A stretch of 64,000 nucleotides of DNA, taken from Hormiphora californensis (Eukaryota > Animalia > Ctenophora). The notes beneath the pieces are model-generated. The model saw only the letters and a program-made list of their open reading frames with translations, was not told where the DNA came from and made no database searches. The translations under genes and the position numbers were made by a program. The stretch is from NCBI GenBank assembly GCA_020137815.1, contig CM035355.1:3162001-3226000 (forward strand), written 5' to 3'. This document shows positions 51,438 to 64,000 of this stretch, piece by piece. How positions within the stretch are numbered: the first letter of the stretch is position 1; the number at the start of each line of letters is the position of its first letter.

Positions 51438-53336
51438 CAGTGCGTCATAAAACTATCATCATACAACTACTGCAGCTAACCTGCTAACAAGTCAAATCAT
51501 AGAATTCAGAAATGAATTTGGTGTTCAGTAGATATTTTCAGGTAAATCAGGGGTGGCAGAACCGGGGGGGGGGGGAGGCTCGGGGCCCTGGTATTTGTAC
51601 ATGGGGGGGGGGGGCTAGGGGTGAGCTGAGGTTTTGGCCAAAATGAGCTCAAAACACCGACTTTTTCGCCCTAAACTCCGACTTTTTCGCCCAAAAATAT
51701 GGAATTAGTGCCGGATAAATCAAGCAAATTTTGCTTGCAAAAAAGGTCATCACCAAAAGTTTTGACCAGCCAAAAAGAAAATTCGCGGCATGAATCAAGA
51801 ATTCGCCAGACTAATTTTTGATGAGGTGGACTGTTCGGTGGTCAGGGGCGGCATGACGCGGTCTGAACGGGTCAAGACACCACGCTCCGAAACCGCCACT
51901 AATTACAAGGAGTATAATTCTCCATTAGTTGAGTTGATCAGACCCGCTTTTATACACTTGCAAGGAAAACAGTGCCTACCGAAGCCTCGTAGTTGTAATA
52001 GTTTTGGTGATTAAAGTTTCATCCTTAGATACGAAGAAAGCTCTGCACAAGCTCTTTCATTTCAAGATCAGTAGCCCCTCTTTCTTCCGGCTCACTAGTC
52101 ACTCCTTTGGGCTACTCCTTCGGGACTCGATCCTACCCGTAAGTAACCGCTGGGCGCTGCCGAGCCAGCGAGTCTGCACAGAGGAGAGAAAAGCGCAAAA
52201 TGAGTTTAGTTTTAAAACTTATGTTCATAATTACAGTTTTCAGCCCATAAATAATCATCTTAGGTCGTTGACAGGGCATTTAAAGAGGGGAAGACCTCTC
52301 AGACGGGACTTAAAACTTAATTGGCAAACGTTGCTGGCCCCCTTGGCCTATGCTACAGGCCCTAAAGCCGTGGAAAACGCGCGCACTTGGGGTCTGCAGC
52401 GCATGCCAACTGGCCCCCCTGTTCTGCGCCACGCGCAGCGCGGGATAAGGCAGCGCTTTTCAAAAAACTTAAAAGTTAAAAAACAGAAAACTTAAAGGTC
52501 CCCCCAAACTACTATGTCCCTTGCTGCGCGCGACCGGATTTTAGACGGCCATAGCTCCACCCCCTGATAAGATAGAGACTTGAAATTTGTTTTGTAGGGA
52601 GATCATATCGAGTTCTTCGTACAGAACAAATTTCAAGTCTCTATCTCATCAGGGAGTGGAGTTATGACCGTGGGAAATTTCACAAAACAAGATTACAAGA
52701 TTACAAGATTAAAACAGAATTTATAATGTCAATAAAATCAACATCCGCTCATACACTATACGAGCCTGGATATGCATAGTACAGTATGACAACACATAAC
52801 CAGGCCCGGTAATAAATTAATATTACTAGTTACCTCAAGCGGATTTCAACATTAAGGTAACGAGAAATATGTAAGCACATTAGGTACTGTCCGAATCATC
52901 GAGTCAATCAATAAATTATATAAAAGTGTATTTTCATTAGTCATCTCACACATTGATTATATGATTGGGTGACACACGAATTTAATATATGATTAGATGA
53001 CTGGTTAAAATGGTCTATTACTTTTTAGTGCACGAGGCCGAAGGCCGAGTGCTCTAAATACAACAATAATGAACCGAGACCGACAGGTCGAGGTAGATCC
53101 TTTTACTTAGCTGCCGAGCCTGCGAGGCACGCTAAGTGTAACTACTGAGCGAGCCTGCGAGCTCTGTAGTTGTACTTTTGGGCCGAGCCTGCGAGGTCTA
53201 AAAGTGAAAGAATCTTTAACATATTGTTGTGTAATAGAGCATGTAAAAGCAGTCATCTAATTTTATTAGATGATTTTGGAAACAAACGGGTGAAAGAGAT
53301 AAGATTGAGTGAGAGAGAGAGAGAAAGAGAATGTGA

Positions 53337-53438
<102 letters not shown>

Positions 53439-53718
53439 TGTGCAGTAGTCACTACTGCAAAGTGCACAGTTGCACACGCCCTAACCCTTATCTTTTCTTC
53501 CACTCTGCAACTATAGGTCACGTGATCGTCACGTGATGGCACCACACCAATGAGCGTCCTGCGTCTGCTTTCCCTCTTTGCCTTCGATTCTCTCTTTTTT
53601 TATGATCTACTCGAGAGAGAAAAAAAAAAAAAAGGAGAGGGGAGAGAGAGAGAGAGCGAGAGAGGCGAGAGAGAGAGAAGCGAGAGAGAGAGAGAGAGAG
53701 AGGGAGATAGAGAGAGAT

Positions 53719-53802
<84 letters not shown>

Positions 53803-53807
53803 GAGAG

Positions 53808-54003
<196 letters not shown>

Positions 54004-54027
54004 GAGAGAGAGAGAGAAGAGAGAGAG

Positions 54028-54079
<52 letters not shown>

Positions 54080-54091
54080 GGAGAAAGAGAG

Positions 54092-54146
<55 letters not shown>

Positions 54147-54224
54147 GAGAGAGGAGAGCGAGAGAGAGCGAGAGAGCGTAAGATCGAGAGAGAGCGCGAG
54201 AGCGATAGAGAGAGCTCTCATCGC

Positions 54225-54325
<101 letters not shown>

Positions 54326-54794
54326 TAGTCTTTATCCCGTTCACTCAGTTTGTAATGTTTGTAATGTTCACACTGTGTGCGTGTGACTAGAAAGTGTTTA
54401 ATTTTTCACATACCACTGCAGCGGTATTTTACTTTATAATTACTAGTGTTTTTGCAGTGGTCTAAAATTTCACAGTACACTTTAACCACCGGAAACAGTG
54501 TACTGTGAAAATTTAGATGACCGGTCAAAATTGTCTAATAGTAATTATAACACACATGTAAAACAAGTCAACATTATATAACGCTGCAGCTGATATGGAT
54601 TAAGCAGTACAGTAAAGGGACCCAGAGACCGATGTGATATTAGGTTGAAGTAAAAGGACCCAGGAATGATTTTGCAGAAGGGGAAAAGGGCTGATGCCGG
54701 AAGTGATGGAAAATAAGTCGAAGTAGAAGGACCCGGAAAACCGATGCGAAATTATGTTGGAGTAAAAGGACCCAGGACTGATATTACAAGGCAA

Positions 54795-57741
54795 TTACTG
54801 TCCGTATGCTTTAGAGAAGAGGTGTGTCTTCAATGCTGTTTTGAAAGATGATAGGGATTCTGAGTCACGTATCGCTCGTGGTAATTCATTCCACAGTTTT
54901 GGAGCTACAATACTGAACGCTCCCTTGGTGTTGTCGTAGTGAAACTCACTTCTCCGTATTTCCTTGAGTGCAGTTTCATCTTTGTCAATTCTGAGTGACT
55001 GAACTTTCTGGGGTCGCTTCTCCAACATTTCAGCCATATAGGGGGGAGATAGTCCGTTTAGAGTCTTGAATACCAGTAAACAAATTTTATACTCTATTCG
55101 TTGTCTTACAGGCAAGAAATGTGATTTCATTCTCAGTTTTGTCACACCACGTCTGCCCCTCTTGCCGTATATAAATCTCGTTGCAGCGTTTTGTATCTTT
55201 TGGAGTCTTTTTAGATCACTATCTTTCATAGAAGACAACAGGGAATTGCAGTAATCTAGCCGGCTATGGATGAGAGTAGTCACCAGCTTCGTTTTCTGCA
55301 TCTTGTTGAGTTTCCCCGCAATCCTCCACATTTGCACAAGTTGAAAGTTACATGCTCGAACAACTTTAGTAACGTGATCAGACATGGATAGGGTACTGTC
55401 AAATATTACACCCAAGTTTCTTGCAGATGGAGCGATTGCCGTTTCCTCCTCTTCTGGATCAATTTGAATAGTCTCAGTTTCTGCTGCTTTGCTCCATTTA
55501 CTCTTCAAGATGAGCACTTCTGTTTTGTCAGGATTTAGTTTCAACATATTGTGTGCCATCCACATCCTTATATGTGCCACACATTTCTGTAACCTATCAA
55601 TGACATCAGCGATGGAGTCTGGCAGAAAGGAGATGTAAAGCTGAGAGTCATCTGCGTACATATGGAGGCTGAGACCATATAGAGCAGCAATCTTTTCCAG
55701 ATCCTTCGTGTACAAGATGAACAAAAGAGGTCCCAGAATGGATCCCTGGGGAACGCCAATCTCGATGGGCTTAGAACTAGACTCCATGGATCCAATCCTG
55801 ACCCTAGCAGACCGTCCAGACAGATATGACTTTATCCATTTGAGAACTCGACCTCCAATTCGATATTCAGTCTCAAGTCGATTTAATAGTTTGGAATGAG
55901 AAATGGTGTCGAAAGCGGCAGACAAATCCAACAACACCAAGATCACCTGGGATTTTTTGTCAACCTGCATGAGGATGTCATTTACTATCTTCACTGTAGC
56001 AGTTTCGCAGCTATGGTTAGTTCTGTAAGCAGATTGGAACTTAGCAAATAGATCATGTTTCTCTATGTGTCCTATCAACTGGTCTGACACACACTTCTCT
56101 ATCACTTTCGAGAGGAAAGATAAGTTTGAGATGGGTCTATAACTCTTGAGCTCATCCGGATCCAGAGATGAATTTTTTGTAAGCAGGTCTTATGATAGCT
56201 CTCTTCAGACTTTCTGGAACTTCCCCTTCTGATAAGCTCATGTTGACAATTTTTGACAGGAGGGGAACAAGATGAGGAAGTACTGCAGTTAAAATCGAAG
56301 TAGGAAGTGGATCGAGAGCACAATGTTTTTGATTCATACTTCGGATGGTTGTTACCAGTTGTTCATCAGACACAGGTTTAAACGATGCAAATACAGGAGA
56401 GATTGGCGATTCTGGCGACAAATCCGGAAGGACAGGCAGAGTTTCCGAGAATGCTGGGTCGTTGCGAATATCATCGTAGATACATCTGACCTTCGAATGG
56501 AAGAAGTCGTTTAGCATTTCTGGTAGTTTGGCAGGATCAGCAACGGTTGGTAGTTGACGGGGAGTTTTATCTTTACCAAGTAGGTAGTTCAGAAGTTGAT
56601 AAGTTGCAGAAGGATTTCCTTCGACAGCTTCAAGACGTCTTCTAAAGTACTCTCTCCTCGCTTTTCGAAACACAGACCGTGCACATCGCACTTCTTTCAC
56701 AAACTCCAACTCAGCTCGATCAAGCTCTTCAAAGGACACCCTGGTGGGCTTCCGCAGCTTTTTTCTGTAAAGCTTTTTGTACTTGCGTTCAGCCTTGCGT
56801 CGACTTCTCAGCACATTGTAGCAGGCATTATCAAACCATTGAGGTTTTCCTCCAACCCGGATAGATTTTTCCTCAAGAGGTGCTAGTTCATCCAATATAT
56901 CAAGTAAAAGCTCCTGGTACATTTCAACGCAGTCAGCAAGAGAGCGGCCAGGAAACAGTGGTCCTTTCAGTTCAGATTTCTGGATCATATCTGTTATAGC
57001 TTCAGCTGTTATTTTTCTCATAGCTCGGCATGTAACTGTCTTTTTCAGAGATGGTCGGTTTGCTGAACCACAGTGAACATTAAATGATACAAGAAAATGA
57101 TCAGGAACCTCTGGAGTTGGTATAACATCTACATCACTCAACAGATATTCATCTCCTGCTAAAACCAGGTCAAGCCAACCACCGTTTATATGAGTCGGCT
57201 GGTTAATCTTCTGGTGCCAGTTATGATCTTCAACTATTTGCATAAAGTTGTTCGAAAAATTACAGCTGGGGTTTTCAGCATGGATGTTAAAGTCGCCAGT
57301 GATTAGCAGGTGTCCATTCAAAGTGGAGAAAGCCGATAAAAATTGTTCGAACTCGTCTAAGAAGACAGCCTGTTTTGTTGAATCAGGTGGACGATACACA
57401 ACAGCTACTCTAGTAAGTTGAACTCCGGGTCCTTCCACTGTAACCACTAGGCACTCATATGACGAAAATTGGCGATTCGTCTTCGGTCGCTTCACAGTTA
57501 AGCCATTTTTGCATATTACTGCTACACCTCCTCCTCTGGAACCTCTAGATAAGCTTATCAACTGATAGTCAAATTCAGAGATATGTCTTGAGATCGCATG
57601 TTCCTCGACATGAAGCCATGACTCAGTGATGCACATAACATCAATGCACTGTTCAGAAATAAGCACCATAATCTCCTCCAGTTTGTTACGAAGGGAGAAA
57701 CAGTTCAAGCTTCCAAATCGGAGATGAGGAACCCCTGACAT
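54795..57741 (-). mobile_element. L2/CR1-group LINE ORF2 (APE endonuclease + RT) with one frameshift in an A6 run at ~56173-56178
   Basis: APE: ITESWL, GGGVA, VYRPP, GDFNIH, LDLV, PDH. RT: DLSAAFDTISH, GVPQGSILGPLLF, YADD; C-terminal SFKTALKTHLF. Removing one base restores ...YKNSSLDPDELKSYRPISNLSFLSKVIEK. Confidence 0.9.
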
Positions 57742-57890
57742 TTCTAGTTTTTTGCCATCCTGTTAATGACACTGACCCGAACGGGACACAGACGATAACC
57801 ACTGTAGTGAGAATGGGAGCTGGATTTATGCTCCGATGAGTTATTGCAATTAACGCACAGTTTCGAGTGAGGGACATAGTAGTTTGGGGT

Positions 57891-59705
57891 CACCCCGTGC
57901 CTGAACAAAGTTTAACCTCGGATGAAAAATGTACACTAAGCGGACTTCACTAGGGTCTTCAGATAGGTATTTGGAGTGGAAAAATGTAAAAAAAACACCC
58001 CAATTTTATGAAAAGTTTTTTCTCTACATGGATTTTAAAATGGGTCGTTTTGACTGTCAAAACGGCTTGAAAACCATGCTGTCTGCAGATTTATAGTCCT
58101 TTTCCGGTAAAAAGGTTGTACCTGACCGTTTTTTGCACGTAGAATCGATTGCCGGTGAAGAGAAATCTCTAAAACGACTGGAAAATGGTCAAAATTTGAT
58201 TTTTTGACGTTTTTTGAGGGTTTTTCGCCCCTAACCCCATCATGAAATCAAGATAGAAAATTTTCATTAGTGTCAAACGTTAAAATGGACATTTTTCTAC
58301 CGGATCCCAAAGTTTCAGATAAATCCAATAACAGGGTAAAATTTGGCTAGTTATTGAAAGTGGCTAGATGAGAGAAAGTGAACTTGAACTTAATTTTTTC
58401 ACAATTTTGGCCATTTTGACCAACTTCTGATTGAAATGGCCAATCAGGACCATGCTCACGCTAAAGAAGGGACAATTTCCTACTAAAATACAAATTTTCA
58501 TGCCGATACGACGACAGGTCATGGATCTGTAGCAAATTTAAGCGAGCTAACTAGGCTATTTCTACTGTCAAAAAAGGTCAATTTTTCTTATTTTCGGGTC
58601 GATTGGTAGTAAAAAAGGGTACCCGACCTATTTTTGCCCGTAGAATTGATTTCCGATGGAGTTGGACCTCTAGATCGTCAGGAAAATTGAAGAAAACGAA
58701 TATTTCAGTTTTTCGGGTAAATAGCCAGAAAATGGTAATTTAGTGTCAATCGGCAATCAAAAGGGTTCCCAGCCCAATTTTTCACGTAAAATCGGTCTAA
58801 AATGGAATTGGAGCTCTTAATCTACGAGAAAATGGGTCAATTTCATTTTTTTTGTTTTTTACTCATTTTCTGGCTATTTACCCGAAAAACTGAAATATTC
58901 GTTTTCTTCAATTTTCCTGACGATCTAGAGGTCCAACTCCATCGGAAATCAATTCTACGGGCAAAAATAGGTCGGGTACCCTTTTTTACTACCAATCGAC
59001 CCGAAAATAAGAAAAATTGACCTTTTTTGACAGTAGAAATAGCCTAGTTAGCTCGCTTAAATTTGCTACAGATCCATGACCTGTCGTCGTATCGGCATGA
59101 AAATTTGTATTTTAGTAGGAAATTGTCCCTTCTTTAGCGTGAGCATGGTCCTGATTGGCCATTTCAATCAGAAGTTGGTCAAAATGGCCAAAATTGTGAA
59201 AAAATTAAGTTCAAGTTCACTTTCTCTCATCTAGCCACTTTCAATAACTAGCCAAATTTTACCCTGTTATTGGATTTATCTGAAACTTTGGGATCCGGTA
59301 GAAAAATGTCCATTTTAACGTTTGACACTAGTGAAAATTTTCTATCGTGATGTCATGATGGGGTTAGGGGCGAAAACCCTCAAAAAACGTCAAAAAATCA
59401 AATTTTGACCATTTTCCAGTCGTTTTAGAGATTTCTCTTCACCGGCAATCGATTCTACGTGCAAAAAACGGTCAGGTACAACCTTTTTACCGGAAAAGGA
59501 CTATAAATCTGCAGACAGCATGGTTTTCAAGCCGTTTTGACAGTCAAAACGACCCATTTTAAAATCCATGTAGAGAAAAAACTTTTCATAAAATTGGGGT
59601 GTTTTTTTACATTTTTCCACTCCAAATACCTATCTGAAGACCCTAGTGAAGTCCGCTTAGTGTACATTTTTCATCCGAGGTTAAACTTTGTTCAGGCACG
59701 GGGTG
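57891..59705. mobile_element. 1.8-kb foldback element, Chapaev-like (CAC...GTG ends, 4-bp TSD)
   Basis: GGGT|CACCCCGTGCCTGAAC...GTTCAGGCACGGGGTG|GGGT. About 840-bp near-identical arms and a ~130-bp spacer (58735-58863). Confidence 0.78.
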
Positions 59706-59710
59706 GGGTG

Positions 59711-59867
59711 TAAAGTCCATTTTTATTCAACTGTTCACCCCTCAACTCATGCGCGTGCGATATTTTAATTTACGCTGCGCGCGCTACACGTTAACATGTG
59801 ATAAACGCGCAAAACAATTCCGCGCACGACTTTGGGGGGTGAACAGTTGAAAAAAAATGGACATTTA
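59711..59867. repeat. Small imperfect inverted repeat (MITE-like)
   Basis: TAAAGTCCATTTTTATTCAACTGTTCACCCC...GGGGTGAACAGTTGAAAAAAAATGGACATTTA. Confidence 0.55.
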
Positions 59868-61205
59868 GGCCTGTCAAAACGTGTCGAAATTTGGCCAAAC
59901 CTTGAAGTCACTAGAGGCAAGCCAATTCCGGTTGTACATCCTAGGTATAGGTCCCCTGAACATAAAAAACCAAAATGTCAGTCTCAATTATTTGGGGGAA
60001 GGTGTGTAATTAGCCCCTAATTGATTGGTAATTGAACATAACGAGAAAAACGCTGTATCTACCGTTAGGAAAAGAGTAAAGACAAAATTAAGGGCACCAA
60101 AGTGTTCAGCGTCCTCGCATTAGTGGGGGTAGGTGCCGGAATGAAGTCTCTATCTCATCTGGTTAATTAGATAATTGGATAATTAGGTTTGCGCATAACC
60201 GTTTTTAGGCTATATGGCTATAGCCATGTTAGGAAAGGAGTAGAGAAAAAACCGAGGGCACTAAAATGATCAGCGTCCTCGCATTAGTGGAGGTAGGTGC
60301 CGGAATTAAGTCTCTATCTCATCCGGTTAATTAGATAATTGGATAATTAGGTTTGCACATAACCGTTTTTAGGCTATATGGCTATAGCCACTTGGGAACG
60401 GTTTAGAGACTTTTCATTGGTGCCATTTTGTAGGCAATAGCCACTTTATGGGGGGTCGACGTCGGACTTTTAAGCTCTATCTTCAACCGTTTAGCCGTTA
60501 TTTGGCTTTAAAGGTGCTCAAAATTAGCAAAAAGGGGCAAAAAACGGTTAATAGCCCGATTTTGAGCACCTTTAAAGCCAAATAACGGCTAAACGGTTGA
60601 AGATAGAGCTTAAAATTCCGACGTCGACCCACCATAAATTGGCTATTGCCTACAAAATGGCACCAATGAAAAGTCTCTAAACCGTTCCTAAGTGGCTATA
60701 GCCATATAGCCTAAAAACGGTTATGCACAAACCTAATTATCCAATTATCTAACTAACCGGATGAGATAGAGACTTAATTCCGGCACCTACCCCCACTAAT
60801 GCGAGGACGCTGATCATTTTAGTGCCCTCGGTTTTTTCTCTACTCCTTTTCTAACATGGCTATAGCCATATAGCCTAAAAACGGTTATGCGCAAACCTAA
60901 TTATCCAATTATCTAATTAACCAGATGAGATAGAGACTTAATTCCGGCACCTACCCCCACTAATGCGAGGACGCTGAACACTTTGGTGCCCTTAATTTTG
61001 TCTCTACTCCTTTCCTAAGGGTAGATACAGCGTTTTTCTCCTTATGTTCAATTACCAATCAATTAGGGGCTAATTACACACCTTCCCCCAAATAATTGAG
61101 ACTGACATTTTGGTTTTTTATGTTCAGGGGGCCTATACCTAGGATGTACAACCGGAATTGGCTTGCCTCTAGTGAGTTCTAGGTCAAAACACGTTTTGAC
61201 AGGCC
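59868..61205. mobile_element. 1.3-kb foldback element with a ~165-bp tandem repeat inside each arm
   Basis: TA|GGCCTGTCAAAACGTG...CACGTTTTGACAGGCC|TA. Centre at ~60530-60558. Confidence 0.8.
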
Positions 61206-61814
61206 TAATTACTTTAAAAGTTAAAAAATTGAAGAAAGTTTCGAAAATCTTTGACTTAGATGCGCGGCTTTCATTGGCAGCGTAGTTATTCAAATAGCCG
61301 GCCGCGGCGCGCGAACAGATTTGAACATTTTATTTCGCGTTTTTTTTATATTTCGGTCGAACAAAAATTTTGAGGCCAGACCAAAAATCGCGTCTTTTTT
61401 TTCAACCACAACTCACAAGACCGGTTTGAGTTAACTTAGCGGTTATCTAATAGCTAATCGATCGTACTAACCATAACTAAACCCCAAATATAACTCTAAC
61501 GGGCAGCCCTAACCCATCTCGACCGCTAAATTCGATGGATTGATAGAAGTGGAAGGGGCAAACAATTGTAAAACATTAAAATCTGGGTGCCTTGCGCTGT
61601 ACAAGGCACCTGGGCATCTATATTTCTACCTTAACCCCTTGTGGAGAGACTGCTGATGCAGTTTGTTCCCCTGTCTGGTGTCTCAGTGGTCGACAAGCGG
61701 GTGGAAACACTTGAAACTCTTTATCTTCCCAATATTATTTATGAAACTAGTATAATGTTTAGTACTTATCTCATTAAACTAGGTATTTTAGCTGTCTTAT
61801 AACACTGAGGACCC

Positions 61815-62252
61815 ATGCCATATGTGAGTTATTTGTTAAGATGGTAGCCGGTAGGTTCCCTGCAAGGGGAGGCGCTGCTACTGACTCTCGCTACCCTACC
61901 ATATTGTCATCTCATCAACATTAACCCATACTGCAGCTAATATTCTGTTCACCAGGGTGCAGTTGATAACCAATATGACCAGTACCTGGCACTGCTCAGT
62001 CAGCGGAACAAGTTCCTTCGAAAGCTGAAAGAGAAAGATGACAGCCAGAAAGAGATGGAGAAACGGGAACAGGGATTTACGTTATACTTGAACGGGGCAC
62101 ACAGTGCAAACAAGAGATCACAACCTGTTAAATCAGTAAAAAGTCAGTAAAACAACAATAACAAATAATTTTTCATTCTGACGAAAACAATTATTTTCAG
62201 CTCCAAGGAGACGAAATGCAGAGGAGGTTGAACCCCGGCAAAATCCATCTGT
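61815..62252 (+). CDS. KATNIP: Katanin-interacting protein (KIAA0556), N-terminal exons; gene presumably continues past the window
   Basis: The exon from 61956 reads DNQYDQYLALLSQRNKFLRKLKEKD...EKREQGFTLYLNGAHS, matching the recalled KATNIP N-terminus (HDEYLILLQQRNRILKHLK...LEQGFSVYVNGANS). Start codon tentative. Confidence 0.75.
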
Positions 62253-62321
62253 GTAAGTCCACAATCCTCCTTGAATATACCGTAGCGTGGACACTGTCAA
62301 AGTCCACACCCAAATCATGAT

Positions 62322-64000
62322 TTACACAAGGAGGTCAATAATTGTATTTTGTCCCTCTGTCTCATTCTCAATCCATGGCATCCAGACACCATTACCCTTG
62401 CCCCTTGTCGAGTAGGTCCTCTGCCCTATATGCTTCACTCTGTCCACATAATCCAACATCTTGGTTGCAACCATCTGCACCACGCTAGGATTATCAAGAG
62501 CCACATTGTCCGACTCAGATGGGTCCATATGGAGATTGTATAACTGAACCCTTGTTATAATACTCGATATCTTTACATACGTCCACTCCTCCTCTGTACC
62601 GTTTGTGTTGCTTACCAACCGTTTTGAGGCACTACAATCCTCCAAACCGACCTGACCCAAAATGAGTTTCCAAGAGAACCACCGGTAAACAAAGTGGCCA
62701 TTGCTGTGGAGAAAATTAAAGTTGGTATCCGGGAAAATGTGAATGAGTTTCTCTTCCCGTGATAGGGCATCCTGAATAAGGTCTGGAACGGAGACATCAT
62801 TGGCCCCAAACAAGGCCATGTTGATCAATGTGTGGCTCCTAACAGCTTTACCCTCGCTGATAGAAGGCCAGATGTTCACACCATCCACGTCCCTCTGACT
62901 ATCCATACCTCCACTTGCTAGGTACTCAAAAGTGGGGAACCAGTCCACAACATGATGTATGTTCCTGTTGACATAGCCCGTCTTGTGGAGGAGCGGGGAG
63001 TTGACAAAACTAACACTCCTCACCCCACCCTCATAAAATGATTTCTTGCCTCCTTTAAAGGGGTAGTTACTACCTGCCCCATCCACAATTGGAGCACCGT
63101 TATCTGATGCAAACACAACTACAGTGTTCTCCCTCGCCCCCACTTCATCTAATACACCCATCACCCTCCCTACTCCTTCATCAAGAATGCTAATCATGCT
63201 GGCATAGAGCCTCCTCCTCTTGGAGCTGATCACCATGTGCTGTGAATATTGGTGCTGTTTATCACGGGGTGCCTGGTACTTGAGGTGGGGAGCTGTATAC
63301 GCTAGGTACATAAACCAGGGCTGTTGTTGGGGAGTTCTCCTTATTAAATCAACTGCTCGTTCTGTGTAGATGTTGGTGGAGTAGTTCCCCTTTAGATCGT
63401 ATCTGATGGTGTCTTTTAGGTAGCCGTCTTCCACCTCGTCTTCTCTCAGATCGTACGCTCCCTGAACGGTTGTTGGGGTAGATCTAGGTTCGGGGCATGT
63501 ATTCATATAGGAGTAGACTTCCAATACAATAATAGTAGGAGACACTAGCGTGGTACGCGCAAAAAAATGCGCGCCACACACCTGTTATTTTAGGTATGTG
63601 GCGCGCATTTTTTTGTGCGTACCACGCTAGTGTCTTCTACTATAAGACAGATCTGTGTGCCATGTAAAGAGCAGTTACTCAGTTAGAAGTTAAACATCCA
63701 GGTATTACAGTCCTTGTATGTAGTAATGTAAGCGATCTTGCTAAAGACCTAATTTGTCCTTCTATGAGATATATAACAGCACTACCATCATTACATAGGG
63801 ATCTTGCACGCTAGATTCTCCCTATTGTTCACAATGTCTACTCTTCACTACTTCCCCATCCTTGTCAGTTACAATCGGGCCCTAATTTACTGAAAACCCT
63901 GGGCCCTGATTTACTGGACCCTGATTTACCTGGATGATGTGTGTAAAATAGTCTCCTGATCCCTGGTACTGGCCGAGGAAGGTGTCAAATCCCCTCATTG
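62322..64000 (-). CDS. Arylsulfatase B-like sulfatase, 3' part (exons >64000-63930 and 63461-62322)
   Basis: RGFDTFLGQYQGSGDYFTH|GAYDLR; YSTNIYT; PWFMYLAYTAPH; ASDNGA; GSNYPFKGGKKSFYEGGVR; HVVDWFPT; LYNLHMDPSE. Confidence 0.9.
63533..63642. mobile_element. 110-bp hairpin MITE with TAA TSD (Tourist/PIF-Harbinger-like)
   Basis: TAA|TAGTAGGAGACACTAGCGTGGTACGC...GCGTACCACGCTAGTGTCTTCTACTA|TAA. Confidence 0.7.

Noticed and set aside
56170-56180. Possible programmed frameshift in the LINE ORF2
   Set aside because: It is a single extra base in an A-run, and LINE ORF2 is normally one frame. Mutation or sequencing error is more likely.

Overview
This is gene-dense eukaryotic (animal) genomic DNA with short GT-AG introns, long (GA)n tracts, antisense nested genes and an AG acceptor just upstream of most start codons. 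That style suggests a ctenophore or a similar compact invertebrate genome (inference only). Genes I reconstructed by hand: the 3' end of a YHYH-domain gene; a 16.5-kb CatSper-epsilon (CATSPERE)-like gene (-) missed by the ORF track, whose introns hold three antisense secreted lectin genes (an F-lectin/kringle/hevein/EGF/Ig mosaic and two tandem pentraxins); FBXO47 (-) just upstream, under a cluster of RFX X-boxes; a tight co-directional run of a monoglyceride lipase-like gene, DPH1, SRP68 and WBP2 (+); PKA-RI and SLC25A38 (-); and the start of KATNIP (+) with an arylsulfatase nested antisense. Mobile DNA includes three non-LTR retrotransposons (CRE-, R4/Dong- and L2-like) and about 11 kb of long foldback non-autonomous DNA transposons with Kolobok-, Tc1/mariner- and Chapaev-like ends. 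The best leads are the FBXO47-CATSPERE unit with nested lectins, the flipped spacer and arm-to-arm homogenisation in two Kolobok-like foldbacks, and a cluster of strand-specific CGAG hairpins. About 46.6-49.3 kb and 53.6-54.3 kb look like low-quality sequence. Gene names come from recalled motifs, not database searches.
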